NCBI GenBank assembly: GCA_032718475.1
Contig: JAUCBJ010000606.1
Coordinates: 50,944 to 114,943 of the forward strand
Direction: 5' to 3'
Source: Nemertoderma westbladi
Taxonomy: Eukaryota; Animalia; Xenacoelomorpha
Length of the DNA stretch: 64,000 nt
Shown here: in pieces, positions 59,720-64,000 of the stretch
Numbering within the stretch: position 1 is the first letter of the stretch
Layout: each line of letters begins with the position of its first letter
Position numbers and translations under genes: made by a program
The notes under the pieces: model-generated
Database searches by the model: none
Seen by the model: only the letters and a program-made list of their open reading frames with translations
Told to the model about the DNA's origin: nothing

Positions 59720-60140
59720 CCACATTCAGCGTCACACCTCTGATTGTAGTTTAGGAATGTAATTTTGTAAATTTAGGGCCATTTTTTATATTTTTATATT
59801 TTGTTAGGGCCACTATTAATAAATTGAATGTAATTTAACTGTACAATATGAACACAATCTAACACGGATGTGTTTTCCTTGGAAGGCCATTTAATATATT
59901 TGTTTTAGGTTTAAGGGCCATTTCATATTTTCAAATCTCTGTATCTTCAAAATCAAGGAATGTTTTGTATTAGAAACTAGGGGATTCGCAAAGGGGTGAA
60001 AATTTTGTCTTTGTCAGGTTCCACCTCAGTCAAATTGGTTGCGCTCACGCTTATGGGGGGGGGGGGGAGGGGGGGTTGTGTTGTTACTACCTAAAGTAAC
60101 CTATTGTATTACGGCAATTAAATTCCTATATTAATGATTG

Positions 60141-60515
60141 TGGCCCTCATTAGACAATGTTCCTAAGGGCCATTTAAAAGGAAGTGGCCCATTCATGACA
60201 ATGTCCAATTTGAGCCACTTAAATATAAAATAGCTCTCAGTAGTGAGTAGACAATGTTCGAAAGGGCCATTTAAAAGGAAGTGGCCCATTTAAGACAATG
60301 TCTCATTTGAGCCACTTAAATGTAAAATGGCCCTCAGTAAACAATGTTTGTAAGGGCCATTTAAAAGGAAGTGGCCCATTCAAGACAATGTCTCACTTGA
60401 GCCACTTAAATGTAAAATGGCCCTCAGTAAACAATGTTTGTAAGGGCCATTTAAAAGGAAATGGCCCATTTAAGACAATGTCTCATTTGAGCCACTTAAA
60501 TCTATAATGGCCCTA
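60141..60515 (+). repeat. ~87-bp GGCC-rich tandem repeat, about 4 units, with another unit near 60840-60920
   Basis: AAGGGCCATTTAAAAGGAAGTGGCCCATT.AAGACAATGTCTCA.TTGAGCCACTTAAAT repeated. Confidence 0.85.
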
Positions 60516-60977
60516 GATGGCAATAGATACTGTACGAATTGATTTCTACATCTTGTTTCTCGCATTACATGTGTTTTACATTGGTTCTGAATTCATTTGA
60601 ATAAATAAAAACGGCGTTAGACCTTTCAAATTGTATTTTTCGGAGGTGTGTGCCAAACTAATAATAAACAAAACTAATAACAAAATTTTAATAAAAAAAA
60701 CTTCCCAAGAAATTGGAATATTTATAATCAGCGCCCCAGAAAACCTAAAAATGTGATTTTAAGCACGCTAATAAGAGTAAATTTTTTATTATTATTTCCG
60801 GTATGAATAGGGTTAAAGGTGTAAAAAGGGTAAAAAGTTAAAGTGGCCCATTCAAGACAATGTCTCATTGGAGCCACTTAAATGGCCCTCAGTAGACACT
60901 GTTCCTAAGGGCCATTTAAATTGGTCTGGGTCCTTCAATACAAATCTCCCATTGGATACACGCAATGAAGGAAATGT

Positions 60978-61050
60978 CATATCATAGCATAGCATAGCAT
61001 AGCATAGCATAGTATAATACCATAGCATACATACATAACATAACATAATG
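60978..61050 (+). repeat. (CATAG)n microsatellite
   Basis: Seen directly. Confidence 0.85.
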
Positions 61051-61595
61051 CATAACTAAATAATAATTCAGCTGGTCGAGACAATGACAAATATAGAATA
61101 GGCCCTATAACAATATTATAGATATAGAAAAATAATGAAATTTATAGAGGCACATAAATAATGGCTATAATAATGTAGCACATACTGAATTTGTAAGGCT
61201 GAAGTGTTTTCAATACTAACTGCTAATGGATTATATTCCTGTCGCTAGAATATCGTTTCTAGTAGTCGTGAAATGTTAGGATACATACCTAACATAACAT
61301 CTACAGTTAGTTATCATAGCATGCATAGCATACATCTTATATCAGCAAACCAAACATAAACTGTAGCATGCCCTAAGACTAAGGGTCGGACGATAGCATG
61401 CCAAGCATAGTTATATAGCATACCATACATACCTTAAATAGCATGCAACATTGTAATCCTAAAGTATATTTCCTTGTTTTTTAGGTTTCAAACTATGTTT
61501 TGTTAAACTGTAGTGGCCGCTAAATGAATCAAGTTTCCATAATTATTATTCATGTGTATTCATGTTGTATTTGTGCAAATTATCAAACCTTCCGT

Positions 61596-61825
61596 TTGGC
61601 ACAGCTTAGTGAAGTATAAGAGACGGCGAAGCACATAATAACAAAGAATCGAATATAGTGGCTGCAGATATGGTTTGACAGATGGGAGCTAGGTATTTAG
61701 GTAGTATTTCAAGGACTACCTTTTTTTTGCCTGAGCCGTTAGCGGAATGGTAAGAGCGCCAAACTGGCGGTCACCACTTCGATCCCATCTGGACGTCATT
61801 CGCGACTTTGCTAAGCTGTGCCCAA
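61596..61825. mobile_element. Small inverted-repeat element containing a tRNA-like remnant
   Basis: TTGGCACAGCTTAG.GAAGT / ACTTTGCTAAGCTGTGCCCAA inverted pair; internal TAGCGGAATGGTAAGAGC...TTCGATCCC at ~61740-61786. Confidence 0.5.
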
Positions 61826-62244
61826 CAAAAGTTATAATAATTATTCATGAATCAATAATTATTGCTGTTCAATTTATTTCAGGGAAATTCGTTGAGTAGA
61901 AACATATGTAATTATCAGATTCTGCATTTTTGCACTTCTGTTTCTCACTACTTTTCCTTGTTTCGGCGTCTATATTCTACCTATATTATTTTTTTTTAAA
62001 GAAAACTCTATAATTAGAGCCATTGTGTCAATTATTTTCTTCCACCACTGCGTGGAACATCGTGGTATTTATTGCTATTTCAAAATATATTTTAGAAGGA
62101 AAAAAGTTCTGGAAGGGCCATACCTCACTACTTGTTAATTAGAGCCCCCTAGTGGATCATATTAGTATTTCATTTACATCTAAGCAAGTTTGTTGGGTAT
62201 GCTCAAAAGTTATATATTCGCACTGGCCCTTATCGGCCAATGCA

Positions 62245-63803
62245 TATATATATATATATATATAACAAACTGACTATATATAACTACTATATATATAACA
62301 AACTGACTATATATAACTACTATATATAACAAACTGACTATATATAACTACTATATATAACAAACTGACTATATATAACTACTATATATATAACAAACTG
62401 ACTATATATAACTACTATATATAACAAACTGACTATATATAACTACTATATATAACAAACTGACTATATATAACTACTATATATATAACAAACTGACTAT
62501 ATATAACTACTATATATAACAAACTGACTATATATAACTACTATATATAACAAACTGACTATATATAACTACTATATATATAACAAACTGACTATATATA
62601 ACTACTATATATATAACAAACTGACTATATATAACTACTATATATAACAAACTGACTATATATAACTACTATATATAACAAACTGACTATATATAACTAC
62701 TATATATATAACAAACTGACTATATATAACTACTATATATATAACAAACTGACTATATATAACTACTATATATAACAAACTGACTATATATAACTACTAT
62801 ATATAACAAACTGACTATATATAACTACTATATATAACAAACTGACTATATATAACTACTATATATATAACAAACTGACTATATATAACTACTATATATA
62901 ACAAACTGACTATATATAACTACTATATATAACAAACTGACTATATATAACTACTATATATATAACAAACTGACTATATATAACTACTATATATAACAAA
63001 CTGACTATATATAACTACTATATATAACAAACTGACTATATATAACTACTATATATATAACAAACTGACTATATATAACTACTATATATATAACAAACTG
63101 ACTATATATAACTACTATATATATAACAAACTGACTATATATAACTACTATATATAACAAACTGACTATATATAACTACTATATATAACAAACTGACTAT
63201 ATATAACTACTATATATATAACAAACTGACTATATATAACTACTATATATAACAAACTGACTATATATAACTACTATATATAACAAACTGACTATATATA
63301 ACTACTATATATAACAAACTGACTATATATAACTACTATATATATAACAAACTGACTATATATAACTACTATATATAACAAACTGACTATATATAACTAC
63401 TATATATAACAAACTGACTATATATAACTACTATATATATAACAAACTGACTATATATAACTACTATATATAACAAACTGACTATATATAACTACTATAT
63501 ATAACAAACTGACTATATATAACTACTATATATATAACAAACTGACTATATATAACTACTATATATATAACAAACTGACTATATATAACTACTATATATA
63601 ACAAACTGACTATATATAACTACTATATATAACAAACTGACTATATATAACTACTATATATATAACAAACTGACTATATATAACTACTATATATAACAAA
63701 CTGACTATATATAACTACTATATATAACAAACTGACTATATATAACTACTATATATATAACAAACTGACTATATATAACTACTATATATAACAAACTGAC
63801 TAT
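62245..63803 (+). repeat. 31-bp satellite, second array (same unit and orientation as 26736-29879)
   Basis: Same CAAACTGACTATATATAACTACTATATATAA unit. Confidence 0.98.
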
Positions 63804-64000
63804 GATCTACTATGATACTGATTTTGGTTAGGCCTAGACAAGAACAAGAACAGTAAACCTAAACCTAAGGTAAACTGTTTGGTAAACCAAACAGTATGCT
63901 CCCTAAATTAGTGGCGTTTCCGCGAGGTTTCTAGAAGGGTACAGGTACTATAGGAGTTACTGTATATCCTATCGAGACTGTAGAAGGCAGATGATTGACG

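Overview
AT-rich, repeat-dense genomic DNA, most likely from an invertebrate animal (inferred from the transposon families; not prokaryotic). The only host gene recognised is a disrupted ROCO-family gene (winged-helix-like region, Roc GTPase, COR, two C-terminal CARD-like domains). It has one in-frame stop and is split mid-COR by an intact full-length CR1-type LINE. The largest feature is a young 18.4-kb BEL/Pao LTR retrotransposon (41271-59719, 5-bp TSD CCACA) with several oddities: 1.92-kb LTRs ending TA...TA, no tRNA-type PBS but a PBS-position sequence complementary to a segment inside its own LTR, a tRNA-like Pol III cassette in U3, a second 1241-aa ORF with a DEDDy-like 3'-5' exonuclease and three CCHC knuckles in place of env, and a 17-nt quasi-palindrome repeated at least 8 times across reading frames. 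The rest is satellites (35, 30, 57, 31 and 87 bp), nested MITEs (piggyBac-, Harbinger-, CMC-, Crypton- and Helentron-like) and LINE fragments (RTE-like, CRE-like, RTEX-like). All domain and family calls were made by eye from motifs; no database search was run.
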